Below are positions 1-11,918 of a stretch of DNA of 64,000 nt, piece by piece. This stretch comes from Octopus vulgaris (lineage: Eukaryota). The DNA is taken from NCBI GenBank assembly GCA_951406725.2, contig OX597816.1:105834001-105898000 (forward strand), read 5' to 3'. The notes under the pieces are model-generated. The model did not search any database. It was given only the letters and a program-made list of their open reading frames with translations, and was not told the origin of the DNA. A program made the position numbers and the translations under genes. The first letter of the stretch is position 1; each line of letters begins with the position of its first letter.

Positions 1-600
1 TGAAAATAGACATAGAATATTTACTAATGAAAATTAATCAATACTGCAATACTGGAATATATGGACAAATACATTTACACATTTCAGCAACAGGTTTAGG
101 CATACGTATCTGCATGCACACAAGCACACACACAAGCACACACACACACATGCACACATGTGCACGCACACACACGCACACATTGAAACATATATATTTG
201 TACACTTTTTAGTCTTCGCTAGTTACAGGCCTGTATGCTGAGATTGTACATGTGGTCATAAGATGTGTGTGTATGTATATATAAAGATGATTCGTCTGTA
301 CATGCCTTTAATAGGGAAGTGACATCAAACAGTATCCTGATATGCCTACTACTACTACTACATCATGATAGTATCTGATGTCACTATTGTACAACAGTAT
401 TCAGCTGCTATGCAGTTAAGTATTCTATTTTACCTTTGTGTGATTACAGGTTAAATGTGTGCAAAGATATTTGGATGAATCCCTATACCTAAGTATAAAT
501 GGATTCAGATGTTCACAGCAATATTCACATATCATTACATCCTCCCTTAATCACACTATCACTTTTATACACATCTATATAGTCATATCCATGCTTTAGC

Positions 601-830
601 TTCTATCTTTTACTTGTTCCAGTTATTAGACTGCGGCCATGCTGGGGCACTACTGTAAAGAATTTTTAGTTGAATGAACTGATCCCAGAACTTATGTTTT
701 TTTTTTATTTTTTAAGCCCGGTACTTATTCTATCAGTCTCTTTTGCCAAACTGCTAAGTTACAGGGAATTAAACACACCAACACCATTGTCAAGTGTAGG
801 TGGGGGACAAACTGACACACAAACACAGAG
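601..830 (-). mobile_element. SINE family B, 3' half
   Basis: Matches 913-1130 and 44385-44570 (tttacttgttccagt...gactgcggccatgctggggcac...ctgctaagttacaggga...acaccaacacc). Confidence 0.7.
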
Positions 831-847
831 GTGTACACACACGCGCG

Positions 848-887
<40 letters not shown>

Positions 888-912
888 AGAGATAATGGTG
901 TCATAAATATTC

Positions 913-1320
913 TTTTATTCATTTACTTGTTTCAGTCATTTGACTGCAACCATTCTGGAGCACCACCTTGAAGGGTTGTAGTTGAACAAATTGACCCCAG
1001 GACTTATTTTTAAGCCTAATACTTATTCTATCGATCAATTTTGCCAAATTGTTAAGTTACAGGTAAGTAAACACACCAACACTGGTTGTCAAGTGATGGT
1101 GGGGGAACAAACACAGACACAAAAACACACACACAAATATATATACATATATGTACGACAGTCTTCTTTCAGTTTCCATCTACCAAATCCACTCACAAGG
1201 CTTTAGTTGGCCCAGGGCAATACTTGAAGACATTTGTCCAAGGTGCCCGCACAGTAGGACTGAACCCAGAACTATGTGGTTGGGAAGCAAGCTTTTTTAC
1301 CACACAGCCATGCCTGTGCC
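913..1320 (-). mobile_element. tRNA-derived SINE family B, near full length
   Basis: Minus strand starts ggcacaggcatggctgtgtggtaaaaaagcttgcttcccaaccacatagttctgggttcagtcc (A/B-box-like head); internal (TA/CA)n; multiple copies in the window. Confidence 0.75.
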
Positions 1321-1352
1321 TAAGTACATATATATATATATATATATATATA

Positions 1353-1925
1353 TCATCATCATCATCATTGTTTAACATCCGTTTTCCATGCTAGCATGGG
1401 TTGGACAGTTTGACTGGAGACTAGCAAGCCAGAGGCTGCACCAGGCTCCAATCTGATCTGGCATGGTTTCTACAACTGGATGCCCTCCCTAATACCAACC
1501 ACTCCAAGAGTGTAGAGGGTGCTTTTTACTTGCCACCAGCATGGGAGCCAGTCAGGCAGTACTGGCATCAACCATGTTCAGATGGTGTTTTCTATATGCC
1601 ACCAGCACAGGAGCCAGTCAGTGGGGGACTGGTATTGACCACATTCAGATGGTATTTTTTACATACCACCAGCACAGAGAAGCCAGTCAGCAGCACTGGC
1701 ATCAACCTATGCTTGAATGGTGCTTATTATGTGCCACCATCAGGCAGCACTGGCACTGGCCACCACTACAATTTCCAATTGATTTCAATCTTGATTTGAT
1801 TTTGATTTTTGATTTTACTTAACTCAATAGGTCTCCTCAAATGTAGAGTATTGTCCAATAATTCGAGGGTACTTTTTAAATGGGCTGGTTATGCAACACT
1901 GGTACAGGCTAATGGCTGTGATCTC
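1353..1925 (-). mobile_element. RTE LINE 3' UTR fragment (5'-truncated copy)
   Basis: (CAT)n tail followed by tttaacatccgttttccatgctagcatgggttggac, homologous to 37607-38200; four ~65-bp internal subrepeats. Confidence 0.8.
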
Positions 1926-1931
1926 ACTTTA

Positions 1932-2702
1932 TTATTATCATCAACTTCATACACTTAACATATATGCTCTGTGTATTTGCTGGTAGGTTATGATTTGGTG
2001 TGATGGAAATTACTCTCTCAAAGTCCTGGGTGCTAAAACACCTGAAAGTCATGGACAACCAAGACAACTCACCCCAGATCCCATTCAGGAATAATGGACA
2101 TCAATGCTTATCAATATCACATACCTGAGGTGAATTTTACTATCAGTCTATGATTTAAAGTGTGAAAACTATGCACTTGTATGCCTGGATAATACATATG
2201 TAAAAATAAATTCAGATATGAAACAGAAGTAACATAAGTGTAATAAACATTATCAGCCACACATACTTAACATATATGTCCTGTGTATTTGCTATTGGCT
2301 GTGAATTGGTGTGGTGGAGATTACTCTCTCAAAGTGCTAGGTAAAAAAACAGCAGCACTGATTCTGTTTCATATCTGATTTTATTCTTACACATGCATTG
2401 TTCAGGTATACAAGTGCATAGTTTTCACACTATATGCATATAAGTTGTGGACTGGCAGTATGATTCACCTCCAATTCGGTTCGGGTACATGGTGTTGATA
2501 AACCACAAAAATGGCAAAACATCAAGGTTCATCTCTCCTGAATGGGATCTGGAGAGAGTTGCCTCACCTGTCCATGACTTTCAGGTGTTTTAACACCTGG
2601 CACTTTGAGAGAGTGATCTCCGGCATCCCAAATCACAGCCTACTGACAAATACACAGAGCATATATATGTTGAGTATGTGTGGTTGATAATGTTTATTAC
2701 AC
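1932..2702. repeat. Unclassified repeat in three copies: two direct (1932-2229, 2240-2350) and one inverted (2362-2702)
   Basis: Shared motif cttaacatatatg(c/t)ctgtgtatttgct...ttactctctcaaagt; its reverse complement lies at 2600-2700, and cagatatgaaacagaa pairs with ttctgtttcatatctg. Confidence 0.75.
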
Positions 2703-2737
2703 TAGTGAATCTTTTATTTCATATTTGTATGATAACT

Positions 2738-3042
2738 ATTATTCAGTAGTCTTATTTTCATCATGTGCTTCCACCATACTTCTGAGTGCAACTCTGTGTG
2801 GCAGTGGTTTGGTTTGGTTTAATGTTGTTATTTTCACTGTATTGAAAATGTTTTATGTAGGATGTGTGTAGTACTTAGTGGTGCTATTTTCTGTATGCTA
2901 CATAAATATATTCAGAAGTCCTGGTGTTTTGGTTACGTATTTGTCTGTATGTTTTTTGATCATATCTAATGCACATATAATTATAGGGAATGTTTTGTTT
3001 TTATGTTCCACATTCAGGTTATCTCCATCTCCAGATCTTTTC
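2738..3042 (-). mobile_element. Dong/R4-like LINE 3' end, diverged
   Basis: Homologous to 3848-4137; minus strand reads KDLEMEIT*MWNIKT and ends actactgaataat. Confidence 0.65.
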
Positions 3043-3071
3043 ACCACCAACACCACCACCACCATCATCAT

Positions 3072-3237
3072 TTGCAGTATTTCGTCTGTCTTTACTTTCT
3101 GAGTTCAAATTCTGCTGAGGTCAACTTTGCATTTCATCCTATCAGGGTTGATAAATTAAGTACCAGTGAAACACTGAGGTCAATGTAATCAACTGGTCCC
3201 TTCCCCAAAATTTCAGGCCTTGTGCCTTTAGTAGAAA
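3072..3237 (+). mobile_element. SINE family A, partial
   Basis: ttctgagttcaaattctgctgaggtcaactttgcatttcatcc...gataaattaagtaccag, same as 54142-54365. Confidence 0.7.
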
Positions 3238-3261
3238 TCGTCATCATCGTTGTCTCCTCCT

Positions 3262-3527
3262 CTTTATTGCAGGTTTTGTTAGAACTTCTGAAGTCTTGCA
3301 AGCATAGTGGGCTTATTACCTGCAGCCTCTGCTGCCATTGCTTTTCTTTCTTTTCAACTATCTAATACTTTCCTGATTATTTTTGCCGTGCCAAGGAGGC
3401 AAACTTTTTGTAACAGTTCCACTGGGTGCTCTATTCAAATTTCTTTTATATTCCTCTTGATGCCTTGTGATACTGTTCCCAAGAACCCAACAATAATTGG
3501 CACTATCTTCACTTTCTTCATTTTCCA
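3262..3527 (-). mobile_element. Dong/R4-like LINE 3' end, second subfamily
   Basis: Minus frame WKMKKVKIVPIIVGFLGTVSQG...ELLQKVCLLGTAKIIRKVLDS*, typical of the C-terminus of RLE-type (R4/Dong) non-LTR proteins. Confidence 0.7.
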
Positions 3528-3847
<320 letters not shown>

Positions 3848-3850
<3 letters not shown>

Positions 3851-4134
3851 TAGTTTTATTTTTTATAGCGTGCTTTCACTTCACTACTGAGCGCAGCTCT
3901 GTGTGCCTTGGGTATGTGCTGTGATTTGTTGTGATGCTCTGATGGTTATTGTATGGAAAGTGTTCTGCGTAGGATGTGTGCAGTGCCTAGTAGTACAATT
4001 TTCTGTATGTTATATGTGTTTGTAAGTCCTGGTATTTTTGTTATGTATTTGTCTGAATATTTTTTTATCATGCCTAATGCACCTACTATGATAGGAATTG
4101 TTTCTGTTTTTAGATTCCACATTCTGGTTACCTC

Positions 4135-4137
<3 letters not shown>
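3848..4137 (-). mobile_element. Dong/R4-like LINE 3' end
   Basis: Minus frame MEVTRMWNLKTETIPIIVGALGMIKK...IQKIVLLGTAHILRRTLSIQ* plus a short 3' UTR; (TAA)n on both sides. Confidence 0.8.
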
Positions 4138-4180
<43 letters not shown>

Positions 4181-4761
4181 ATTATTATTATCAGAGATGG
4201 TGGTATATATGGTTTATAAAGCAACTAAATTCTGTTACGGTGTTGCTGTTGAAAAATTGAATCAAGGCATACATCAATGTGAAAGCATTTTATTTCACCT
4301 TGACTGCCACTTATTCTTTTTTCAAGGAAATTCAATGACATTATCATCACTAATATTATTCATTATCATTAAGCAATTCAAACGTATCATTAGAAAAATA
4401 AAATAAAAAAGTTTACATTTATTAGATTACAATAAAGAATGATGAAAGCTTAACTTATACTATACCATCAACCATTTCTCCCATCACCTCTCATGCCAAT
4501 TATTCTGGATGAGTATTGTCTTTTCCCCTATGCTTCAATTTCATTATTTAGAAAGAGTTCATTATGATCAGACCACTTCAAAAACTCTAACAATCCACCC
4601 AGGATTGGTAATTCAAATTGGTGATACACAAGATGCCAATGAGGAAGAGGTATTTTATGAGTTTAATATAAATGATAACTCTAATGAATAGCTGTTTTAT
4701 GATTCTTATATGCAAGAGATTAGTATATAATTTTAAAATTAACAAAATCTCTTATGCAATT

Positions 4762-4796
<35 letters not shown>

Positions 4797-5009
4797 GTGT
4801 ATAAATAATTGATAACAAATGTTTCAGTGTAGACAAAAAGAAAACACCGAGTGCTCAATGTTGAGAATAGAGCTTCAAAACATTAAAATGAAAATTCAAA
4901 TTTTGTTACTCTGAATAGCATATCCAATGCTGTCAAGCAAAACCTAAACATGTGTGTGCAAGTGCATACCTGCATGAACATGTTTGTGTGTGTATGCACA
5001 TTTACATAC

Positions 5010-5351
5010 AGCTCATGTCCATAGCCAGCCTTGACTGGCCCCCATGCCGGTGGCACGTAAAAGCACCATCCGTTCGTGTCCGTTGCCAGCCTCGCCTGGC
5101 CCCCGTGCCGGTGGCACATAAAAGCACCATCCGTTCGTGGCCGTTTGCCAGCTCTGTCTGGCACCTGAGCGGGTGGCACGTAAAAAGCACCCACTACACT
5201 CACGGAGTGGTTGACGTTAGGAAGGGCATCCAGCCGTAGAAACACTGCCAGATCTGACTGGGCCTGATGAAGCCTTCCGGCTTCACAGACCCCAGTTGAA
5301 CCCTCCAACCCATGCTAGCATGGAAAACGGAAGCCAAATGATGATGATGAT
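5010..5351 (+). mobile_element. RTE LINE 3' UTR fragment
   Basis: Close to the reverse complement of 37610-37900; ends ccatgctagcatggaaaacggaagccaaatgatgatgatgatg. Confidence 0.85.
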
Positions 5352-6045
5352 GCACAGACAGATATACACACACATGTATACAATGTGACTTAAAGATCCC
5401 TGTAGAATTAATACAAACCAGCTAACAACTGAAATGAGATGAACTTTAAATGTGTACCTCAACTTTCCTTCTCTATCTCTCACTTACACCTCCCACATCC
5501 ACACCACAGCCTTCACACATCTCTTTATTGCATTTATTGACCCTTTTCTGACTCTAGTCCTCCTGATGACTGTCACAACTAAAGGTTTCCAAGATTGCTG
5601 GTCTACTATGTCATTTATACTGTCAGTTGCTTAGATCACTTGGCCAGTTGAACAACAAATATCTAAACAACTGAAGATGATAGTCATTGTACTGTACCAT
5701 CTTTAAAACAATGAAGAGAATATTTTTCTTATATTTTAATTATTACATTCTCCCATAATATATGGAACATCATGCACACATACACACACATACATATAAA
5801 GATATTCACAATGAAATAGCAAATATGTATTAAAAATGCATGAAAACAAAACTGTAACAGTTCATAAAATTTTTTTAAATGTGTATATAATTTAAATGCT
5901 AACAAAATTTCTCTATCATCTTTTATGTGTTTGTGTATGTGTACTTGTGTGTGCTTCTCTGTGTAGGTGCTTGTGTGTGTGCATGTGAGTTCGTGTGTGT
6001 GTGATTTGTTTCTCATTTTTCTATCTTTGGCTGTACTTAAAAATG

Positions 6046-6102
<57 letters not shown>

Positions 6103-6774
6103 ATTTCATCATCATTCTTATATCCATTTTCTATGCTATAATAAGTTGGATAAGCTGTCACACCCTGTGTCAGGTCTTATTCAGAGTAACTACCTTCTTA
6201 AGCATATCAGGGGACAACTTCACACACAAAACATTTAATATCTGTGTATTATCAATATGACTTTTACAATTGGATATCCTTTTAATACCACCTGCCTTAT
6301 AGAGTGTACTGGCAGCAGAGATTATCATGTCTTTGAACAGACTGAAGAGGCATTTCAACCCTATACTGTTTCCACTCTTTTACTAATTTCTTTACACAGT
6401 GTACTCAATGCATTTTATCAGCACCAGTGCAGTTGCCCTGTAACCTGCAAGACAAAAGATTCATCACTTCTCTATGGTATCTCCATTCATTCAAGGCAAT
6501 GTAGTCAAGAAAATACTAGAAGATAAAGAGGCAGGAATGAGAATATAGAGCCAGAGAGAAAGAGTATTATAGGAGAAATAAAATGGGGTTAGTGACAAAG
6601 AGACAGAGCAATGAGAGAGTATCAAAGGGGTCTAACAGAGTACATTGGATATCTGCCCAGATGTAGATGCGGGAAGCAGCAGATATAAGTTTTACTGGAT
6701 TATATACTGGATAAAAGGTCTAAAAGTGTGTGTATCAACTGGTTCTGTTATTTATTTATTTACATACATATATA

Positions 6775-7684
6775 TGAGGGGGTAACCAAAAGAAACCAGA
6801 ATTTTGCAATATTATTTTATACACTTAGTTTTTACATGTTTACACATTTATCGCCTTCAAAGTATTCTCCATTTGAAGCAATGCATTGGTCCAGGTGTGT
6901 TTGCTACTGTTCAAAGAAGTGCTGGAACTCTTGCAAAGTGATGGCTTTTAATGCATCCATTGTTTTTTTTTTCTTCACCTCTTCCACATCTGCAAATTCC
7001 ATAGCAGCAGCTTTTGTCACCAGTGATAACCTTCGAAAATAAGGTCCAGATTAACTTCCTGCTGTTCTTTCAGTTCATGACATGCATTCAGTCATAACTG
7101 CTTTTCATCTTCCGTGAGCAAGTGAGGCACAAATTTTGCTGCAACTCTTTCCATTCACAATTTCTCACTCAAAATTTGTTGGCAGGAGCTCCAGGACACA
7201 CCAGTCATATCAACAAGTTTGTCAATTGTTCCGTGATGGTCCTCCAAGGTCAGTTCTTGAATTTTCATAATGTTTTCATTTGTTCAGAAGGTCAACAGAC
7301 GCCTTGAACAAGGTTGGTCTTCAAGCAACAAGTGACCATTGCTAAGGCATGAAACCCACTCATAAACTTGTGTTTGCTCATGGCAGCATCCTTGTAAGCT
7401 ATTAGAAGCATCATAACTGTTTCAGCTGCCGTTTTCCCCAGTAGAAAACAGATTTTCACAGAAGCATGCTGTTCCTTCGTTTCAGTCATTGCAGAAATCA
7501 ACAAACAGAGGAGAAGCACTGCAAAGCAAAGACACACCACATGATAGTAGGACTATAGCTGATGCCACTGGTTAGCAAACTAATACCCAGGGGTTGCATC
7601 GAGTGGCTTCTAGCATCAGAAGCCTCAACTACAAAGGGCTTGTCCCACAGATAACATTTCTGGTTACTTTTGGGTACCCCCTTG
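6775..7684 (-). mobile_element. Internally deleted mariner transposon
   Basis: TA-flanked TIRs (gagggggtaaccaaaagaaaccagaa / ttctggttacttttgggtacccccttg). Minus-strand remnants MTETKEQHASVKICFLLGKTAAET, VAAKFVPHLLTEDEK and C-terminal CIASNGEYFEGDK; most of the catalytic core is deleted. Confidence 0.85.
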
Positions 7685-7781
7685 TATATACATACACACA
7701 CACATATACACATACGTTCAGACATTTGTATGAATATATTTCTTTAGAACATCCAGAAGTACATATAAAAAAAATAATGTG

Positions 7782-8017
7782 GCCTTTGAAAGCCTAACCA
7801 GGCTCATGGGCCCGGTTTCCCAGTTTCTATGGCGTATGTGTTCCCCAACTGGACAGGACGCCAGTCCATCGCAGCGTTACTCATTTTTGCCAGCTGAGTG
7901 GACTGGAGCAACGTGAAATGAAGTGTTTTGCTCAAGAACACAACGCGTCCCCCGGTCCAGGGATCGAAACCACAATCTTACGATCATGATGCTGATACCC
8001 TAGCCACGTGCCTCCAC
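7782..8017 (-). mobile_element. tRNA-derived SINE family C
   Basis: Minus strand gtggaggcacgtggctagg...gtggtttcgatccctggaccgg (B-box-like), then gttcttgagcaaaacacttcatttcacgttgctccagtccactcagctgg. Confidence 0.7.
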
Positions 8018-9589
8018 ACAAGTACATATACAAATCTAAAATGTTTAAATAATAACATTCTTCATTAGTTAGATAGTATCATATTTTACATTGAGAATCC
8101 TAACAAGAGACTAGTAGAACAGAGAGACATTTCAGTGATTGAATGCAGCATTTCTTGCAATGCAAACATATTCTGTCAATTTTTTTCCTTTACAAGTAAT
8201 CTTCAATAGTTTCCAATAAGTTGTTAAAACAAAAGACAAAAAAAAAAAACATGTTTAACTAGAGAGTGTGTTTCCTGGGCACATCTACTCAATAAATGCA
8301 ACCAGCTTACAATAGCAAGTTAGTTAGCAAGACATATATGAAGTTCTTTTGAGCAATAACTATAGACATAACAATTGTAGTAGTGAGTGAGACAAAGTTA
8401 CTGCTGATATATACCAGAATCTTATTGAGAACTAGCAGAAATGAATAGATGCCTTAACATAATTGTATGAGTTTCCTATATTGACTTTAAACAAAAATAA
8501 ACAAATCTTTATTGGAAGCTATGTATTTTTCTTTTCCAAACACTTTTCCAAAGGTTTTTTCTCTTTTTTCCAGAGTTCAATTGTTTTGTTAATTCAGGTA
8601 TTTGCATAATTTTCAAACCATTTTATGTAAGAGTGGGATACAGCTTGTTTTTCACCTAGGCAGAGGCAAATATGTTAATGTAACTATGTTTCAGACATAA
8701 TGTGATTATCATTGAAAAATTTTATTCTATACTAGCTATATTTAATTTCTCTCTGACAAAAACTACAAAAAGTTACACTTTACAAATTAAAGAAATGTTA
8801 GAAGATATTAAAAACTAATTGTTTTACTTTATCATTATCTTGAAAATTACCACTTCAGTTATCATCATTATTTTTATGACCATTTGCTGAATGCTGACAT
8901 ACATTTGGTGAGTCTCTAACACAGTATAACAACTTAAATCTTTATCCCTTATGACCTCCCTGGGTGTCAAAGTATCATATCTGGTGTCAACTTTGCCTTT
9001 CATCCTTTCAAGGTCAATAAAATAGTACCAGCTGAGCACTGGAGTTGATGTAATCAACTTACTCCCCCTCCCCACCAAACTTATTGGCCTTGTGCCAAAA
9101 TTTGAAGCCAATGTGAAATATTTTTACTTTAAACTCATATAATAACTAGCAAATAACATACTTGTTATACCATATTAGCATATAAACTCAAATAGTTCAG
9201 AGAACATCAAATAACTTTACCAGAAGTTATAACAATAAAGGAGTCTCTATATTCAGTCTGCTAGAATTAGGCATCATATCTCCCTCAAACACCCCATGTT
9301 AAAATAGGAAGGACACATTGAATAAAGTAATAAATACACAATAACAGAAGTTGGTCGTGGCTAGAATGCTTTTGATCATCAATTTGTGGGATCAGTGCTA
9401 ATCTGGTGCTAAATAACAAAAATGAATTGTATGCAAGGCTTGTTAAATGATATACACAAGTGTTACTGAGATGGCAGACAATATCTTTTTTTACAACATT
9501 TTTTTTTTTTTGCCTCCCATGACACAACCATCAGTATATGAAATAGGGATTGATACTGAAAGATCAAAAGACATAGTTAGACAAGCAAC

Positions 9590-9680
9590 AGATTATACAT
9601 AAGCTAGAATAATTAATAACTACATCTGGCAGAAAACAATAAATTATATATAAGCTAGAATAATTGATAGCTACATCTGG
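9590..9680 (+). repeat. Local tandem duplication of a ~40-bp core
   Basis: attatacataagctagaataattaataactacatctgg / attatatataagctagaataattgatagctacatctgg. Confidence 0.85.
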
Positions 9681-9933
9681 TAGGCAGAGTTTTCATGTTT
9701 TCCCAGCCACAATTCAGCTCAAACACAACTAGCATGATGTTTCCAACAATTACAAAAGCAGCAATAACTCATCATCCAAGTATACTGAATATCCGGATAT
9801 AGGCATAGCCATCTGGTTAAAAAATTCAGTTCAGCAATAATGTTGCTCATGGTTCAAATCACACTGCACAACACTTTGCACAAGTATCTCCAGTCATAGT
9901 TTTGTGTTAACTAAAAATGCCTTATTAGTGAAA

Positions 9934-10326
9934 CTAGCAGTATTGCCCAGCATTGCTTGGGTTTATTTCGACCCTTTAGAATTGGAATTTTTGAAAAGTA
10001 AAGATTTTGCATTATGTAGCTTGTTATTCTCTTTAAGTGAACATTTTTCTGGTTGAAATACACAGAAAAATGGTGATACAGCAGTAAAAAAATCGTAAAA
10101 AATAGGGATTTTCATAGAAAAAAAAGCACCTTTTTGATGTAAATAATTTTTGGTGTTAACATGGTCTGATTTGAATTTTTTCTTCTACGGAAGGAAGAGC
10201 AAGCCTTCTTCTATCATACTCTCAATTTTGGTCAACTTGTGCCACAGGGTCTCAGAGGAGATAGTGTTAGTTGAAGGCTACCAAACCTGCCATACACAGA
10301 CAACTTCAGCTTTATATATATATAAA
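9934..10326 (-). mobile_element. Non-autonomous Helitron-like element nested in a SINE-B copy
   Basis: Minus-strand 3' end cccaagcaatgctgggcaatactgCTAG|T (subterminal hairpin plus CTAG), similar to the end at 11919; it interrupts a SINE (9811-9933 continuing at ~10327). Confidence 0.65.
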
Positions 10327-11849
10327 TTTAGCAGGTAGAAGCCTGTCATGTTGTGTCTGTGTTTGTGTGCATACATATGCATGCATACACACAATTTTAT
10401 CAGCATAAGGGAAGAAACAATACAATCAGAGAGGAACACTGTGGTATTCATATTACAATGAGTTATCTCACCTCAAGGCTGTTATCACTTTGAATTTTTA
10501 TATATTACAAAAAGAGTAAATACGTACCAGACAAAATATAATGACTGTCTAAAAACTCTTGAAGATGATGTTTCAGAATGACAGAAATCAATTAAACTAA
10601 AATAAGAACTACTGGAATCTATTTTATGAATTGTGCAGGACTAAATGTTTAAGATGAGTTTACCAATACTGCACACTGCTTTAAAGATTCCAATTGTGGT
10701 TTTTCAAACATTGAACTCTTGTCAACAACTATAAAGGAACTAGTTCATATCCATTTATCAATGAGAAAATAAAATTTAAACAACACAAATCCCAGCTGTA
10801 ACACTATTTAATATTTTTTGGAGTAGAAACATAATCAGATAGTTGTTTGCTACTAAAGAAAAAGAAACTATGTTATACAAAATAGCTTCAAAAGAAAAAC
10901 TGCTTTGATGTCTCAATTTGATTGCCAAAGGATAAAACGATTTGTAAAAATCTAATTGTGGCTGCACAATTTTCTCACATTTCTTGCATTCTTACTGTAG
11001 AAGCAAAGAGAACTAGTCGACAAACTGCATTCAACTATTCTAAATCTATCTCTCAAAGTAGAAAGAAAAAAAGATTTAAAAAATGGCATTTAGAATAATC
11101 TAATACTGGGAGAAATAAAGAATGAGAATTATGAAAGAAAGAAGAGTGAATAAAATTCATTGGTGTTTTAACCTTTTTCTTAAGTTCAGATGAGTAAAGG
11201 GTGTTAGGAGAAATAATTTAGAGGTAACTAGAATCTCTTTAAAAATTACCAAGATCCAAAAGAATATGAAATGAATGAAACATAATACACAATCAATGTA
11301 GATTTTGTTAGAGAGTGTGAACATGAATAAAACAGGTTTTGACATCTAAAGATGTTGGGGGAAAAAATTGTCTTTCTTTACAGTGATTTTACAAAAGAAT
11401 TCAAGTAAAATATATTGAGGTTTTAAATAAAAATTTGTTGATATGAGAAAGAAACTCTTCTAGTTAATGAAGATTTTTTTTTTTTACATTTTATCACAAA
11501 AGACTATGTGCAGGAGGTCCTCAATTTATTTATTTATTTTCTCAAACATAGAAGGCTACAACAAAGTGAGTGATACAATACTTGTTACCTTGGAAATTAT
11601 GATATTGTTAAGCTAAAGCAAAAAAAAAAAAAATCTCCACATTTGAACAATGAACTACCTTCACTACATCTGAATAAGGATTATAAACAGAGCAAACAAC
11701 AATATACTCCATATACAGTAGTGAACCATTATAAATATTATTAGAAAGATCTTTTCAACACAATGTAACAGTTGGATAGAGATACTTTTTGACATTAAAA
11801 AGGGGAAAACATTTATTTGTACATTTACACATAAATATACATGTGCATG

Positions 11850-11851
<2 letters not shown>

Positions 11852-11913
<62 letters not shown>
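11852..11913. repeat. (TG)n microsatellite
   Basis: Directly visible. Confidence 0.98.
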
Positions 11914-11916
<3 letters not shown>

Positions 11917-11918
11917 CA

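Noticed and set aside
1515-1765. CRISPR-like repeat-spacer appearance
   Set aside because: Eukaryotic context, degenerate repeats, spacers related to each other, part of a LINE 3' UTR, and no cas genes.
4509-4691. 60-aa plus-strand ORF with acidic tail as an exon
   Set aside because: No recognisable homology and weak splice evidence; an ORF this short is expected by chance.
6130-6430. Very old RTE C-terminal remnant on the minus strand
   Set aside because: Resemblance too weak to support by eye; needs a profile search.
7930-8017. tRNA gene
   Set aside because: Only a degenerate tRNA-like SINE head; no complete cloverleaf.
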